From positions 257-64,256 of the forward strand of contig JAPPCZ010000023.1 in the NCBI GenBank assembly GCA_028824685.1: a stretch of 64,000 nt of DNA, read 5' to 3'. The number at the start of each line of letters is the position of its first letter. Within the stretch, counting starts at the first letter, position 1. Below the pieces are notes generated by a model. The model worked only from the letters and a program-made list of their open reading frames with translations, did no database searches and was not told where the DNA came from. The position numbers were made by a program, and so were the translations under genes. The DNA is from Candidatus Poribacteria bacterium (lineage in GTDB: Bacteria; Poribacteria; WGA-4E; WGA-3G). Positions 18,357 through 29,336 of this stretch are shown here, piece by piece.

Positions 18357-20792
18357 ATGTTGAAACATTTTTTTTCTGTAGCAATCCTAATTGGAATCAT
18401 TTTGGGCGGGGATACTTTGGCACAGTTGAAACAAGACAAGGAGGAGTCTATGGTGGAACGTTGGGGAGTATATGAATTGACGCTGAACGGTCCGGATACG
18501 GGAAATCCATTTGTTGAGGTCGAATTAACAGCAGAATTTAAACGCAGTGACATAAAAGGGGGTCGCACTTTTGAGCCACAAGGGTTCTACGATGGAAACG
18601 GAATATACAAAATACGATTCATGCCCGACGAAGTCGGAGAATGGACATATATCACAAAAAGTAACAACACCGAACTCAACGGTAAAATAGGTCAGTTTAC
18701 ATGCGTTGAACCTTCCGAAGGCAACCACGGACCTATGCGAGTACATAAGGATTTCTACCTACAATACGCCGATGGTACGCCGTATCATCAGTTTGGCACA
18801 ACTTGTTATGCCTGGGCACATCAAGGCGATGCGATGGAGGAACAAACGCTCAAAACACTCGCTGAGGCTCCTTTCAACAAAATGCGGATGTGCATCTTTC
18901 CCAAAGATTACGTCTACAACAAAAACGAACCAGTTTACTATCCCTATGAAGGAAAACCGCTGACAGATTGGGACTTTACTAAATTCAATCCCGAATTCTG
19001 GCAACATTTTGAGCAGCGCGTTCAAAACCTGTTAGACCTCGGTATTGAGGCAGACATCATCTTATTCCATACCTATGACCGATGGGATTTTGAGAATATG
19101 GATGCTGAAAGCGATGATCACTACATCCGTTATGCTGTAGCACGTTTAGCTGCTTTTCGTAACGTGTGGTGGTCCCTCGCGAATGAATATGACATCATGC
19201 CTGCGAAAGAGGAATCCGACTGGGATCGCTTTTTTCAGATTATCCGCGATCATGACCCGTATCAGCGTTTACGGGGTATCCACAACTGCAGAGGCTGGTA
19301 TGACCACAGTAAACCTTGGGTAACACACACCAGTATCCAAACCTCAAATATGGCGCAAGGTATCCGTTATCGCACTCAATACGGTAAACCTGTTATCTAT
19401 GATGAATGTCGCTACGAAGGAAATATTCCACACGGATGGGGAAATATCACTGCACAACAGATGGTGCAAAACTTTTGGGCAGGCACTGTATCAGGCTGCT
19501 ACGTCGGGCACGGAGAGACTTATGAACATCCTGAAGACCTGCTGTGGTGGGCAAAGGGCGGCGTTTTACGTGGTGAAAGTCCACCTCGGATAGCATTTCT
19601 CAAAGATTTCATGGCAGACGCACCACAGTTTAACACGCTTGAACCGGTGGGTGATGACGCTGGACGCTACGTCCTTGCCAAACAGGAAGAATACTATCTG
19701 GTTTACACGACTGAACCACAAACAGTAACGGTAGAACTTTACGGAGACCGACCATATAAAATCGATGGTATTGATACGTGGAACATGGAAATATTGCCTA
19801 TTGGGACCGCACAGCCTGGTGAATATACATTCGCTTCACACCGCAGCGATTTTGCATACCGTTTTACGCCTTATGCCCCAGGTGAAAAACTTCGTCCTGA
19901 AGCAAAAGCATCTGCAAATGTCGTTCAAGGCAGCGCACCGCTCACTGTTGCCTTTTCGGCAGCAGGTGATTTGACACAGCATTGGGATTTCGGTGATGGT
20001 ACAATTTCCGATGAATCAAATCCAATACACGTCTATGAAAACCTTGGACAATACACCGCGATACTCAAGGTAACAGATGCGGAAAGCACATCGTCAACAA
20101 CCGCCCTCACAATTAATGTGTTACCTGAAGCACCCGCTGACATCGGCACGCACACAGAATTTCCCGGTTCACGCGACGGCCTTGTGTTTTTCTGGCACGG
20201 CACGCTTGAAGGCAGTAGTGAAATTGAATCGCGCGACGATGCATTAATTACTCAAGATGGACAAATGAACTTGACGGGTGGCGCATTCCTCGCTCAGAAT
20301 GTGAATGGGACACTACTTGCGGCATGTCAAGAAAGCAATCAATTAACGCTTGAGTGTCTTGTTACCACAGACAACCTGAATCAGAGCGGTCCGGCGCGCA
20401 TTATCTCATTTTCAAAGGATATTACCCATCGCAACTTTACCTTGGGACAAGATGGTAACCGTTTTGCGATGCGAATTCGTACACCGCGCACCGGCGAAAA
20501 TGGTCTTGGTAGCGAATTTTCCTTTGGCAAGATTGAATCAAACAAACCGACACACGTCATCATGAGTTATTTTGAAGGAAACGTCTACTGCTATATTAAC
20601 GGTGAACTTGTCCAAGTCAGCAATGGTACGCAGGGAGACTTCAGCAATTGGGAGTTATACCCGCTCCTATTCGGTGATGAGGCAAGTGGTGGTAGAAATT
20701 GGGAAGGGAAACTTAGCCACGTGGCAATTTATAGCCGGTTTGTTGGTTTGGAAGAGGCTGCGCATAAGTTTAAATTAATTCAGGGTGAGTGA
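18357..20792 (+). CDS. secreted multidomain glycoside-hydrolase-like protein (DUF5060/DUF4038 GH140-like TIM barrel, then PKD domain, then LamG-like domain)
   Basis: Signal peptide present. Clan GH-A-like motif SLANEYD. PKD-like segment PLTVAFSAAGDLTQHWDFGDGT...YTAILKVTD. C-terminal LamG-like signature (KLSHVAIYSRFVGLEEA). Confidence 0.5.
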   Translation: MLKHFFSVAILIGIILGGDTLAQLKQDKEESMVERWGVYELTLNGPDTGNPFVEVELTAEFKRSDIKGGRTFEPQGFYDGNGIYKIRFMPDEVGEWTYITKSNNTELNGKIGQFTCVEPSEGNHGPMRVHKDFYLQYADGTPYHQFGTTCYAWAHQGDAMEEQTLKTLAEAPFNKMRMCIFPKDYVYNKNEPVYYPYEGKPLTDWDFTKFNPEFWQHFEQRVQNLLDLGIEADIILFHTYDRWDFENMDAESDDHYIRYAVARLAAFRNVWWSLANEYDIMPAKEESDWDRFFQIIRDHDPYQRLRGIHNCRGWYDHSKPWVTHTSIQTSNMAQGIRYRTQYGKPVIYDECRYEGNIPHGWGNITAQQMVQNFWAGTVSGCYVGHGETYEHPEDLLWWAKGGVLRGESPPRIAFLKDFMADAPQFNTLEPVGDDAGRYVLAKQEEYYLVYTTEPQTVTVELYGDRPYKIDGIDTWNMEILPIGTAQPGEYTFASHRSDFAYRFTPYAPGEKLRPEAKASANVVQGSAPLTVAFSAAGDLTQHWDFGDGTISDESNPIHVYENLGQYTAILKVTDAESTSSTTALTINVLPEAPADIGTHTEFPGSRDGLVFFWHGTLEGSSEIESRDDALITQDGQMNLTGGAFLAQNVNGTLLAACQESNQLTLECLVTTDNLNQSGPARIISFSKDITHRNFTLGQDGNRFAMRIRTPRTGENGLGSEFSFGKIESNKPTHVIMSYFEGNVYCYINGELVQVSNGTQGDFSNWELYPLLFGDEASGGRNWEGKLSHVAIYSRFVGLEEAAHKFKLIQGE

Positions 20793-20918
20793 AATCTTTA
20801 CACTGTAAGGCGAGGTTTCTGTGTCTTGCTCTACAGTGCTGGAAAAGTAGCATTTAAGTAAACTTGTTATTCTCAAAATAGTCTTATAGACATCTTGTTA
20901 CCCAAGGAAACTGACGCA

Positions 20919-22517
20919 ATGAAATCAAGGACATTCTATCTGAATTTGCTACTAAAGGTTTTACTGTGTAGTATCGTCTTAACGCTATATCTGCCGACCA
21001 GTTTTGCCCAAAACTATACGCAGCTGGGGCTGCCCGAAGGTGCTAAAGCGCGCCTTGGCAAAGGTCGTATTGAGAATATGCTATATTCGTCTGATGGAAA
21101 TGTACTTGCAGTCGTTAGTTCCATCGGTATATGGTTATATGAAACACGTAACTATCAAGTTTTATCCTTCATACCTATAAGGATAAATAGATATGGCGGA
21201 ATTTCGTCTAATAGCATCTCGTTTAGTGCTGACAGTCAAACTGTTATGAGTAGCGATACTGACACAAAATCCTTTCTCCAGTGGGATGTAAATACTGGAA
21301 AACCCAAACAAACACTTAATAATGAAGAAACCCCATCCAGTTCTGATAAACCAAGACCTTCCAACGGAAGTGAAAATAAAAGCCTGCAACGTTGGAATGA
21401 AACAGATGAGAACCTATACAATTTTTTAAAAGAAACAGATGAAGAAATCTCATATATGACTATGACTTTCAGTCCAGATGGACATCCTTTTGCCGCAGCA
21501 GATACACACAATATCATTCGAATATGGGATTTAAGCACACGGAAACTAAAGCGAAAAATTATGGAACATGCAGATTTTGCTTACGTTAAAAAAGTCTCGC
21601 TTAGTCCAGATGGACGTACACTCGTAAGTCTGAACCCGACTGAGCCTATCCAACTCTGGGATGTTAAAACTGGAAAACACAAGAAAACTCTGGCAGGATA
21701 TAAAGTTACCAGTAGAATTAAACCAAAGATTATCTTAGAATTATTGTATGATGAGATTGATAGTGTTGCATTTAGTCCTGATGGAAATACACTTGCAAGC
21801 GGGGGAGAGGATGCAACCATCCGTCTATGGAATATCAAAAGCGGAAAACTTAGAAAAACGTTGAATGGACATTTTGGTTTTATAAAATGCATGGCTTTCA
21901 GTCCAGATGGAAAGTTACTCGCAAGTGGAAGTGGTGACAAGACTATTCTTCTATGGGATTTAGAAAGTGGAACACATGAAGCATTCCTTGCGGAGCGGAT
22001 GAATATGATTGCTTCTATAGCGTTTAGTCAAGATGGTAGCATGTTGGTCGGTGGCAGTACAGTTGGTCACATACATCTGTGGGATGTTGAAACAGGAAAT
22101 CAAAAAAAGACATTTATAGGGCATATTGAAGAAATTAGCAACCTATTGTTTAGTCCAGACGGAAGTGCTATATTAAGTGTCAGTTGGGATGGTACAGTGC
22201 GCTTGTGGGATGTCAATACTGGAGAACAGAAACGGATAGTTACAGGACGAGTCGATAGACATGGAAGGAACTATTGGGGTACTGCGTGGTTTACTTCCGA
22301 TGGGATACCAATTGCGATTAGAAATAATTTTGGTACTATGTATTTATGGGATATAACTAACGGTCAATACATCGGAAGTCTCAAAGGACATTCTTCCTCT
22401 GTCAAAAGTTTATCGTTGAGTGCAGATAGGAAGACACTTGCAACGAATAGTGCTGATGGAACAGTGCTGCTGTGGGATGTTCCTTCCTTGATAAAAGAAA
22501 CATATAGAACAGAATAA
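20919..22517 (+). CDS. secreted WD40 repeat protein (LPEGAKARLGKG N-terminal motif family)
   Basis: Signal peptide present. Many WD40 blades (FSPDG...LASGS.D.TIRLWD). The ATG at 20919 (MKSRTF) is preferred over the TTG tool start at 20895. Confidence 0.65.
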   Translation: MKSRTFYLNLLLKVLLCSIVLTLYLPTSFAQNYTQLGLPEGAKARLGKGRIENMLYSSDGNVLAVVSSIGIWLYETRNYQVLSFIPIRINRYGGISSNSISFSADSQTVMSSDTDTKSFLQWDVNTGKPKQTLNNEETPSSSDKPRPSNGSENKSLQRWNETDENLYNFLKETDEEISYMTMTFSPDGHPFAAADTHNIIRIWDLSTRKLKRKIMEHADFAYVKKVSLSPDGRTLVSLNPTEPIQLWDVKTGKHKKTLAGYKVTSRIKPKIILELLYDEIDSVAFSPDGNTLASGGEDATIRLWNIKSGKLRKTLNGHFGFIKCMAFSPDGKLLASGSGDKTILLWDLESGTHEAFLAERMNMIASIAFSQDGSMLVGGSTVGHIHLWDVETGNQKKTFIGHIEEISNLLFSPDGSAILSVSWDGTVRLWDVNTGEQKRIVTGRVDRHGRNYWGTAWFTSDGIPIAIRNNFGTMYLWDITNGQYIGSLKGHSSSVKSLSLSADRKTLATNSADGTVLLWDVPSLIKETYRTE

Positions 22518-22574
22518 ATAAAAAGGGATATGTTCTGATAAAATGCATATTTTTTAATTGAGGAGTCTTATGCA

Positions 22575-24686
22575 ATGAAAATCAAGATATATATCACTTT
22601 ATTAATGGTTGGTGTTGTCTCAAGTTTTCTGTTGTTTCGGTATGTTTTTACACCTGATCATCCAAATTCTTTTATACATGATACTCCACAGTTGCATCTT
22701 CCAAAAGACGTTAAAGCACGTCTTGGTAAAGGTTTCATAAGGGATGTTGCTTATGCTCCAGATAGTCCACAATTAGCAGTCGCGAGTTCAACTGGTATCT
22801 GGCTCTATGATGCAAATACTTTGGAAGCACAAGCACTACTTTCAGGTCACACGGCTGCTGTGTCAAGTGTTGCGTTCAGTCCGGATGGGAGAACCATCGC
22901 AAGTGGAAGTTTTGATAAGACAATACGGCTTTGGGATATTGCCACAAGAAAAAGTAAGGCGGTATTCATACATGATGTTATGAGATATGATTATGAAATT
23001 AACAACTTGTCATTTATAGGTGATGGTGAGACACTTATAAGTACAACTATATTTGGGATGGATATGTGGGACATCACCACAAGTACATACAAAAAGAGTC
23101 TCAATGCGAGTCGGAGAACTGTTGCCTATAGTCCTGATGCCAAACTAATCGCAAGCGCAGATTCATCCCGAAAAATATATCTTTGGGATGTTGTGGAGAA
23201 CAAGGAATTACATATCCTTGAAGGTCACACAGAATCAGTAAGGTGTTTGGCGTTTAGTCTGGATGGGAAAACCCTGGCCAGTGGTGGTTTTGATGATGTG
23301 ATTCGACTTTGGGATGTTGCAACGTGGACAGAGAAGAAAATTCTCAAGGGACATAAAAAGAGTATCAAAAGCCTTGCCTTTAGCCCAGATGGGCGCACGC
23401 TTGCAAGCGGAAGTAGAGACGATACTGTTCGCTTATGGGATGTTGAATCAGGAAAACGTAAGAAAACACTTAAAGGGCATTCAGAAGAACTTGAAAAGGT
23501 ATTATTCAGTCTGGACGGTCAAACCCTTGTGAGTTGGAGCCAAGACAATATCATTTATCTCTGGGATGTTGCCACTGGGAAGCGAAAGAATACACTCAAA
23601 GGACACACTAATTTTGTCTATGAAGTGGCACTTACTACAAATCCTGACAGGAACAACGTACCGCTTGTTCTACTAATGCGACAGTTTGCGAATAGCGTAT
23701 CTTTCTGTGCTAATGGACAAACACTTGCAAGTATGGGTAAAGATTGGACTATCCGTTTATGGGATGTCAACACTGGGAAACATACAAAGATACTTAAGGG
23801 GCATAAGAGAGAAATTGCCAGTATGGCAATCAGTCCTGACGGTTTGACGATAGCAAGTGGAAGCAGTGATAAGACTATACGGCTGTGGGATATTGCTACG
23901 GGAAAAAGTAAGAAAACATTAAAAGGACACTCATCTGTTGTTTCTACTGTGGCATTCAGTGCTGACGGAACAATGTTAGCGAGTGGAAGCTGGGACAAAA
24001 CCGTACTGTTATGGGACGCTACAACGGGAAGATATAAACAAACGTTTAGAGGACATACAGATGTTGTCAGAAGTGTGATCTTCAGTCCAGATAGCAAAAC
24101 TCTTGCAAGTGAGAGTAACGATGAAACAATCCGTTTATGGGATATTGAAACAAGGACGCATAAAAAAACACTTAAGGGACATAATGCTGTTATCTTTGGT
24201 ATGTTTTTTAGTCCAGATGGGAAAATACTCGCAAGTGGCAGTGTGGATAAAACTATCCGCCTCTGGAACGTTTATAATGGAGAACACAGGAAGACACTCA
24301 AAGGGCATACAAGTACGATTGAAAACATGTCGTTTAGTCCGGATGGAAAAACTCTCGCAAGCGCGAGTTGGGATAATACCGTTCGGTTGTGGGATGTTGC
24401 ATCAGGTGAGCACAAACAAACGCTTGAAGGGCATACAAGTTTTGTCAGAACCGTAGTGTTCAGCCCTGATGGAAAATTTCTTGCAAGTGGGAGTATTGAT
24501 GCCACCTTACAGCTCTGGGATGCTGGCACCGGTGAGCACAAGCAAACTCTTAAAGCACATACAGGTGGTGTTAATATTGTTACTTTCAGTCCGGATGGGA
24601 AAACCCTTGTAACTGGTAGTCAAGACGGGACGGTGCTTGTATGGGATTTCCCTTCTTTGATGGATAGTATCGACACCGCAAAATAG
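22575..24686 (+). CDS. secreted WD40 repeat protein (LPKDVKARLGKG N-terminal motif family)
   Basis: About 14 canonical WD40 repeats (GH...FSPDGKTLASGS.DKTIRLWD). RBS AGGAG upstream of the ATG. Confidence 0.7.
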   Translation: MKIKIYITLLMVGVVSSFLLFRYVFTPDHPNSFIHDTPQLHLPKDVKARLGKGFIRDVAYAPDSPQLAVASSTGIWLYDANTLEAQALLSGHTAAVSSVAFSPDGRTIASGSFDKTIRLWDIATRKSKAVFIHDVMRYDYEINNLSFIGDGETLISTTIFGMDMWDITTSTYKKSLNASRRTVAYSPDAKLIASADSSRKIYLWDVVENKELHILEGHTESVRCLAFSLDGKTLASGGFDDVIRLWDVATWTEKKILKGHKKSIKSLAFSPDGRTLASGSRDDTVRLWDVESGKRKKTLKGHSEELEKVLFSLDGQTLVSWSQDNIIYLWDVATGKRKNTLKGHTNFVYEVALTTNPDRNNVPLVLLMRQFANSVSFCANGQTLASMGKDWTIRLWDVNTGKHTKILKGHKREIASMAISPDGLTIASGSSDKTIRLWDIATGKSKKTLKGHSSVVSTVAFSADGTMLASGSWDKTVLLWDATTGRYKQTFRGHTDVVRSVIFSPDSKTLASESNDETIRLWDIETRTHKKTLKGHNAVIFGMFFSPDGKILASGSVDKTIRLWNVYNGEHRKTLKGHTSTIENMSFSPDGKTLASASWDNTVRLWDVASGEHKQTLEGHTSFVRTVVFSPDGKFLASGSIDATLQLWDAGTGEHKQTLKAHTGGVNIVTFSPDGKTLVTGSQDGTVLVWDFPSLMDSIDTAK

Positions 24687-24800
24687 TTTTTGGGTTGGGT
24701 TACTCCGTCCTTTAATTCTGCGTATGAAATGTTTTAATGGCATAATTACTGCTAAAAAAACTTCAATGGCAGACTCAACAGACTGAAGGATAACATTAGC

Positions 24801-27800
24801 ATGATTAAGATATTAGATGAAAGCGATCCTCTCTTAACGGCTTACAAACCGTTGTACACACCTCTGACTCCAATAGTCCGTATCCTATTATTGCTATCTC
24901 TCCTACTGATTATCGGGTGCGGTCCATTAGGCATAACTGACCCACAATCCGATTCGCCCCACGCCGATTCCCGCTCAAATTCAAAACCCACAAAAACGTG
25001 GCCCATCAAACGCACACTTATCAGCAACGAAGTCAACTGTATTGCTGCCGATTCAGAGAATGTATGGATTGCAACAGCGAAAGGTGTCTCACGTTGGCTA
25101 CGCAGTGAAAACAGATGGCTTCACTATACGATGGAAAACGGATTAGCAAATGATATGGTCAACGCTGTTGCGGTTGATGGTAAATGGGTTTGGTTCGCTA
25201 CAGATGAAGGTGTGAGTCGATACGACAGCGAAACCGATGCCTTTTCAACCTTCCGTGACATTGACGGACTCGCAAGCGATCAGGTTTCCTCCATCGCTGT
25301 GGATGGCATCTACGTCTGGTTCGGAACATCTAACGGGCTGAACCGTTATGACAAAACAATTGATAGCTGGGCAGTCCGCACACGCAAAGATGGGTTAGTT
25401 AGCAGAATAATTACAACAATCGCAGTTGAGCCTGAGTATGTCTGGGTCGGCACTGATAGAGAAATTAACCCTGATCCGCATGGATGGGATGAAGATCCGA
25501 GATTCAGCAGAGGCGGTGTCAGCCGTTATCACCGAGACACAGATTCTTGGAACAACTATACAAGATCGGATGGCTTAATAGACAACGAAATTGCCACAAT
25601 TGCCGTAGATGACGACAGTGTTTGGTTTGGCACACAACATAGAGGCGTTAGTCAATACAATCAGGTTGACCAAACATTCGTGAAAACGTTCACCAAAACC
25701 GATCTGTTAAAAAGTAATTTCATCTCCTCAATCCGCTCTGACGGGTTTCAGGTTTGGTTTGGGACCGCCAATGCAGGCGTGCATCGTTTTATCAAACCTG
25801 TTAACACTTGGGTGCATTATACCAAAGCAGACGGATTGGCGAGTAATAATGTGAGTTGGATTACGACACAAGGCAATGATGTTTGGTTTGCAAGCAAAGA
25901 AGATGGCGTGAGCCGCTTTGATAAGGTTAGCGGTGAATGGACAATCTATAAACAAGCCGATTTTCTGGCGGATAACGATGTTCGGGATATAGCACGTGAT
26001 GCTGATGGAAACCTCTGGATAGCAACAGTCGCTGGTGTCTCTGTTTACAATCCCCAAACACGTAATTGGGAGGTGTTCTCTAAAGAAGATGGACTGCCAA
26101 CCCCTTATGTCATGTCAGTAGATGTAGCGTCCCAATCATCTGAATCTGACCTGAGCAAATTGAGCAAAATACCAAAAGGACAAATATGGATCGGCACAGC
26201 ACGAGGACTCGGTTCATGCACACATCTTGGTGGACAGTGGACATTTCACGGTCCCGCTCAAGGGGAAGCGTTTGTTACCGCTGTTGCCACTGGCAAGGTT
26301 TCAGATAATCCCAGTGACACAGGACAAATTTGGCTTGGAACGAATTTGGGCCCCGCGATGTATGACACAGACTCTCAGAAATGGACGCAACTTTCATTCT
26401 CAGAATCACCTCAAAATCCACTGATATTGTCTGTTCTTATCCATGATGGATATGTTTGGTTCGGCGGTGTAAAAGGCGTTTGGCGATATTCAGTTGCGGA
26501 TAAAAAGATGCATCGGGTTACCAAAGGACTTAAAAATCCTTACGTTAACGTGCTGCTTTCCGTAGACAATGTGGTTTGGGCAGGGACACAAGGAGGGCTC
26601 GCAAAATATGACAGTAAACAGCAGCGGTGGATACCTATTTCCTTAGTAACTAAATCGAAAGAAAAATCCCCTCCAAGTATTACAGCCCTCGCTTACCGAG
26701 AAGGTGTGCTTTGGATCGGCACACCGCAGGGATTAGGAAGTTACACGATTGCAACTGAAAAATGGAATTCCCTCAAAAAACCCTACAACATTCGTGACAT
26801 TGTGTGTGATCAAGATAAGAGGCTTTGGTTAGCAACATCTACCGGTCTCATTGAACATCACCTTCAGAATGGTGAAGAGATAACACACCAATCCCGTCCC
26901 GTCCGCGAGCCTTTAGTTGAAACGCGCGTTTCACAAATCAAATTTGATGGAGATTACATCTGGTTTTCTAACTGGGGAGCATCAAGAAATGGCGGAATTT
27001 TACGGTTTCACCGTCCAACAAAAACGTGGCAGCGTTTCACCCGATTGGATATTTTCCAGTCTACTCAGAAAAAAACGATGACAGTGTTGCGTTGGACTTA
27101 TGTAGATAAAGATGCCGTTTGGTTCACCACAGATTTTGGTGTACTTCGCTATGATAAAGCAAAAGATACCTGGCAACATTTTACGATGAAGGATGGACTT
27201 TCTGTAGACGATGTGGACAAGATTGCTGTCAGTGAAAAGAGTGTATGGATTGCCCCGATGATGGGTATGGAATTGAACCGTTACGATAAGGCATCAGGAA
27301 CGTGGGAGATTATCACGCAACCTGAAAGGCAAGAACATAGGGAAAGCTTAAGAGGATTTGCTGTTGATGGACCGGAGGTATGGTTCGGTTCAGGAGATGC
27401 ACTCACGCTTTACAATGATGATACGAAGGAGTGGAAGGAATATAGACCGAGAGATGGTTTAGCAGGCAGGGGTGCCGAATGGATTACAATAGACAAGGAT
27501 TTCGTCTGGGTTGCGCGATCCGAATGGGATAGAGGTAGCAACCGTCCCTTGTCACGATATGACAAAAAGACAAAGAAATGGGCAACATTCTCTACCAATG
27601 ACGTGCTTGCTGCAAAAACCATTAAGCGCATCATCGCAACAGAAAACGATGTTTGGATACAATACAGACCTTGGGACAATGCAGTTACTCGATACGATAG
27701 ACTCAACAAGGAGTGGACAACAATCACATCTGATCGTGGCACTCTTGAACTTGCCGCTGACAAAGACTATCTCTGGTTAGCCGCACCCAATGATGGACTT

Positions 27801-29003
27801 CGACGCTTTCATTTCGCTTCCGGCACCTGGACTTCGTTTAAAAATATTAAAGGGCTGTTGCATAACCATGTCGGTGAATATGCACTTGCTGTCGATGAAG
27901 ACTATGTATGGGTTGGAACAATCCGTGGCCTTTCCCGCTATGACAAAAAAAAGGAATCCTGGATGCCTCTTGCACCTTTGCCAACGCTTTCAGGACGTAC
28001 CGTCCGTACAGTAGATACAGATGAACGTTTCGTGTGGGTAGGCACAGATAGCGGATTATCTCGTTATGATAAAGATTTAGGCACATGGAAAAACTATAGG
28101 CAGACGGGCGGATCCGAGGAAATAGCAACACACAACGGACACTGGCACCGTCATAGACCTAAATCACGAGGCATGCTCTCCGATAACGCCGTCAGTTCTA
28201 TAGTCGTTGATGATCAATACGTTTGGGTAGGCACTCGAGATGGCGCGAATCGGTTTGATAAAATCGCACTTAGATGGGACCAATACAAAACCGAACATGG
28301 ATTACCCGCAAACAGTGTGACATCTGTAAGCACTGATGGCAACAACATCTGGGTCGGCACACATTCTGGGATAGGAAAATATCCACGAACCGCTGATGAC
28401 CTCAATGCCTGGATTGCTTATACTTCTGGCACTGAAATTCAACCTTCTGCCGTGTCCAAAGAGTTCGCTGAATCATTGGTTACTGATGAAATCTGGTGTA
28501 TCACGGCAAGCAAAAAACATGTCTGGGTTGGCACACGCCGAGGCGTAAGTAAATACGATATTGGTAGAGACATTTGGAAGACAATCACAGCGGAGGACGG
28601 TCTCGCAAGTGATGAAGTCAGTTGTATCGCCGTTGATGGAGACCGCATCTGGTTTGGCAGTGATCGTGGCGTGACATTTTACAATGAAGGAACTGAAGAG
28701 TGGCGTGCCTATACGACTAAAGAAGGTCTCGCAAGCGACAAGATTACGACTATCGGCGTGGATGGGACTGATGTATGGATCGGCACTTACAACGCAGGGA
28801 TTAGTCGGTACGACCAACTGAAAAATAACTGGACAACTTACACAAGGGAAGATGGTTTAGCGCATAATGGCATACTTTCTATGGCTATCGGTAATACGTA
28901 CGTCTGGTTCGGCACTTATCGAGGATTAAGTCGTTATGATAAACGTACAGGAATCTGGACAACCTTTACAGAGGCTTATGGACCAGAAGATATTTTGAGA
29001 TAG
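24801..29003 (+). CDS. giant lipoprotein composed of ~24 two-component-regulator-propeller (Reg_prop-like) repeats; no kinase or other output domain
   Basis: Lipobox LLIIGC. Repeating ~45-aa units (VW(F/I)GT..G(V/L)SRYD....W..YT..DGLAS(D/N).V.SIAVDG). Confidence 0.5.
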   Translation: MIKILDESDPLLTAYKPLYTPLTPIVRILLLLSLLLIIGCGPLGITDPQSDSPHADSRSNSKPTKTWPIKRTLISNEVNCIAADSENVWIATAKGVSRWLRSENRWLHYTMENGLANDMVNAVAVDGKWVWFATDEGVSRYDSETDAFSTFRDIDGLASDQVSSIAVDGIYVWFGTSNGLNRYDKTIDSWAVRTRKDGLVSRIITTIAVEPEYVWVGTDREINPDPHGWDEDPRFSRGGVSRYHRDTDSWNNYTRSDGLIDNEIATIAVDDDSVWFGTQHRGVSQYNQVDQTFVKTFTKTDLLKSNFISSIRSDGFQVWFGTANAGVHRFIKPVNTWVHYTKADGLASNNVSWITTQGNDVWFASKEDGVSRFDKVSGEWTIYKQADFLADNDVRDIARDADGNLWIATVAGVSVYNPQTRNWEVFSKEDGLPTPYVMSVDVASQSSESDLSKLSKIPKGQIWIGTARGLGSCTHLGGQWTFHGPAQGEAFVTAVATGKVSDNPSDTGQIWLGTNLGPAMYDTDSQKWTQLSFSESPQNPLILSVLIHDGYVWFGGVKGVWRYSVADKKMHRVTKGLKNPYVNVLLSVDNVVWAGTQGGLAKYDSKQQRWIPISLVTKSKEKSPPSITALAYREGVLWIGTPQGLGSYTIATEKWNSLKKPYNIRDIVCDQDKRLWLATSTGLIEHHLQNGEEITHQSRPVREPLVETRVSQIKFDGDYIWFSNWGASRNGGILRFHRPTKTWQRFTRLDIFQSTQKKTMTVLRWTYVDKDAVWFTTDFGVLRYDKAKDTWQHFTMKDGLSVDDVDKIAVSEKSVWIAPMMGMELNRYDKASGTWEIITQPERQEHRESLRGFAVDGPEVWFGSGDALTLYNDDTKEWKEYRPRDGLAGRGAEWITIDKDFVWVARSEWDRGSNRPLSRYDKKTKKWATFSTNDVLAAKTIKRIIATENDVWIQYRPWDNAVTRYDRLNKEWTTITSDRGTLELAADKDYLWLAAPNDGLRRFHFASGTWTSFKNIKGLLHNHVGEYALAVDEDYVWVGTIRGLSRYDKKKESWMPLAPLPTLSGRTVRTVDTDERFVWVGTDSGLSRYDKDLGTWKNYRQTGGSEEIATHNGHWHRHRPKSRGMLSDNAVSSIVVDDQYVWVGTRDGANRFDKIALRWDQYKTEHGLPANSVTSVSTDGNNIWVGTHSGIGKYPRTADDLNAWIAYTSGTEIQPSAVSKEFAESLVTDEIWCITASKKHVWVGTRRGVSKYDIGRDIWKTITAEDGLASDEVSCIAVDGDRIWFGSDRGVTFYNEGTEEWRAYTTKEGLASDKITTIGVDGTDVWIGTYNAGISRYDQLKNNWTTYTREDGLAHNGILSMAIGNTYVWFGTYRGLSRYDKRTGIWTTFTEAYGPEDILR

Positions 29004-29124
29004 TTAATTGCTAAAAGCCCTGTGATATCTACTGTTATACCCGCTTTGTAGCGTGCATAGCAAGGCGTATCGTTAATTGTAGATTCCTATATTTCCATTT
29101 CTATGTGATTATATCGCATTATTT

Positions 29125-29284
29125 TGTAGGTCGGGTAGAGCGAAGCGAAACCCGACAAATGCCATACACACAGGAAGCATTGGTTTGTGAAAATACAACA
29201 TGTGGTATTAGCGTTGATTTGGACACATAATAATTGGTTATGAATATCCATGTCGGGTTTCGCAAACTCTATCCGACCTACAGG
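29125..29284. repeat. MITE-like element, family 2, with ~35-bp terminal inverted repeats
   Basis: tgtaggtcgggtagagcgaagcgaaacccgaca at 29125-29157 and its inverted complement tgtcgggtttcgcaaactctatccgacctaca at 29251-29282, flanking ~95 bp of AT-rich core. Confidence 0.6.
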
Positions 29285-29336
29285 TAATTTTTACAGAAAA
29301 GCGATATGATAATCTGTCAATTAGATTTGGTATAAT

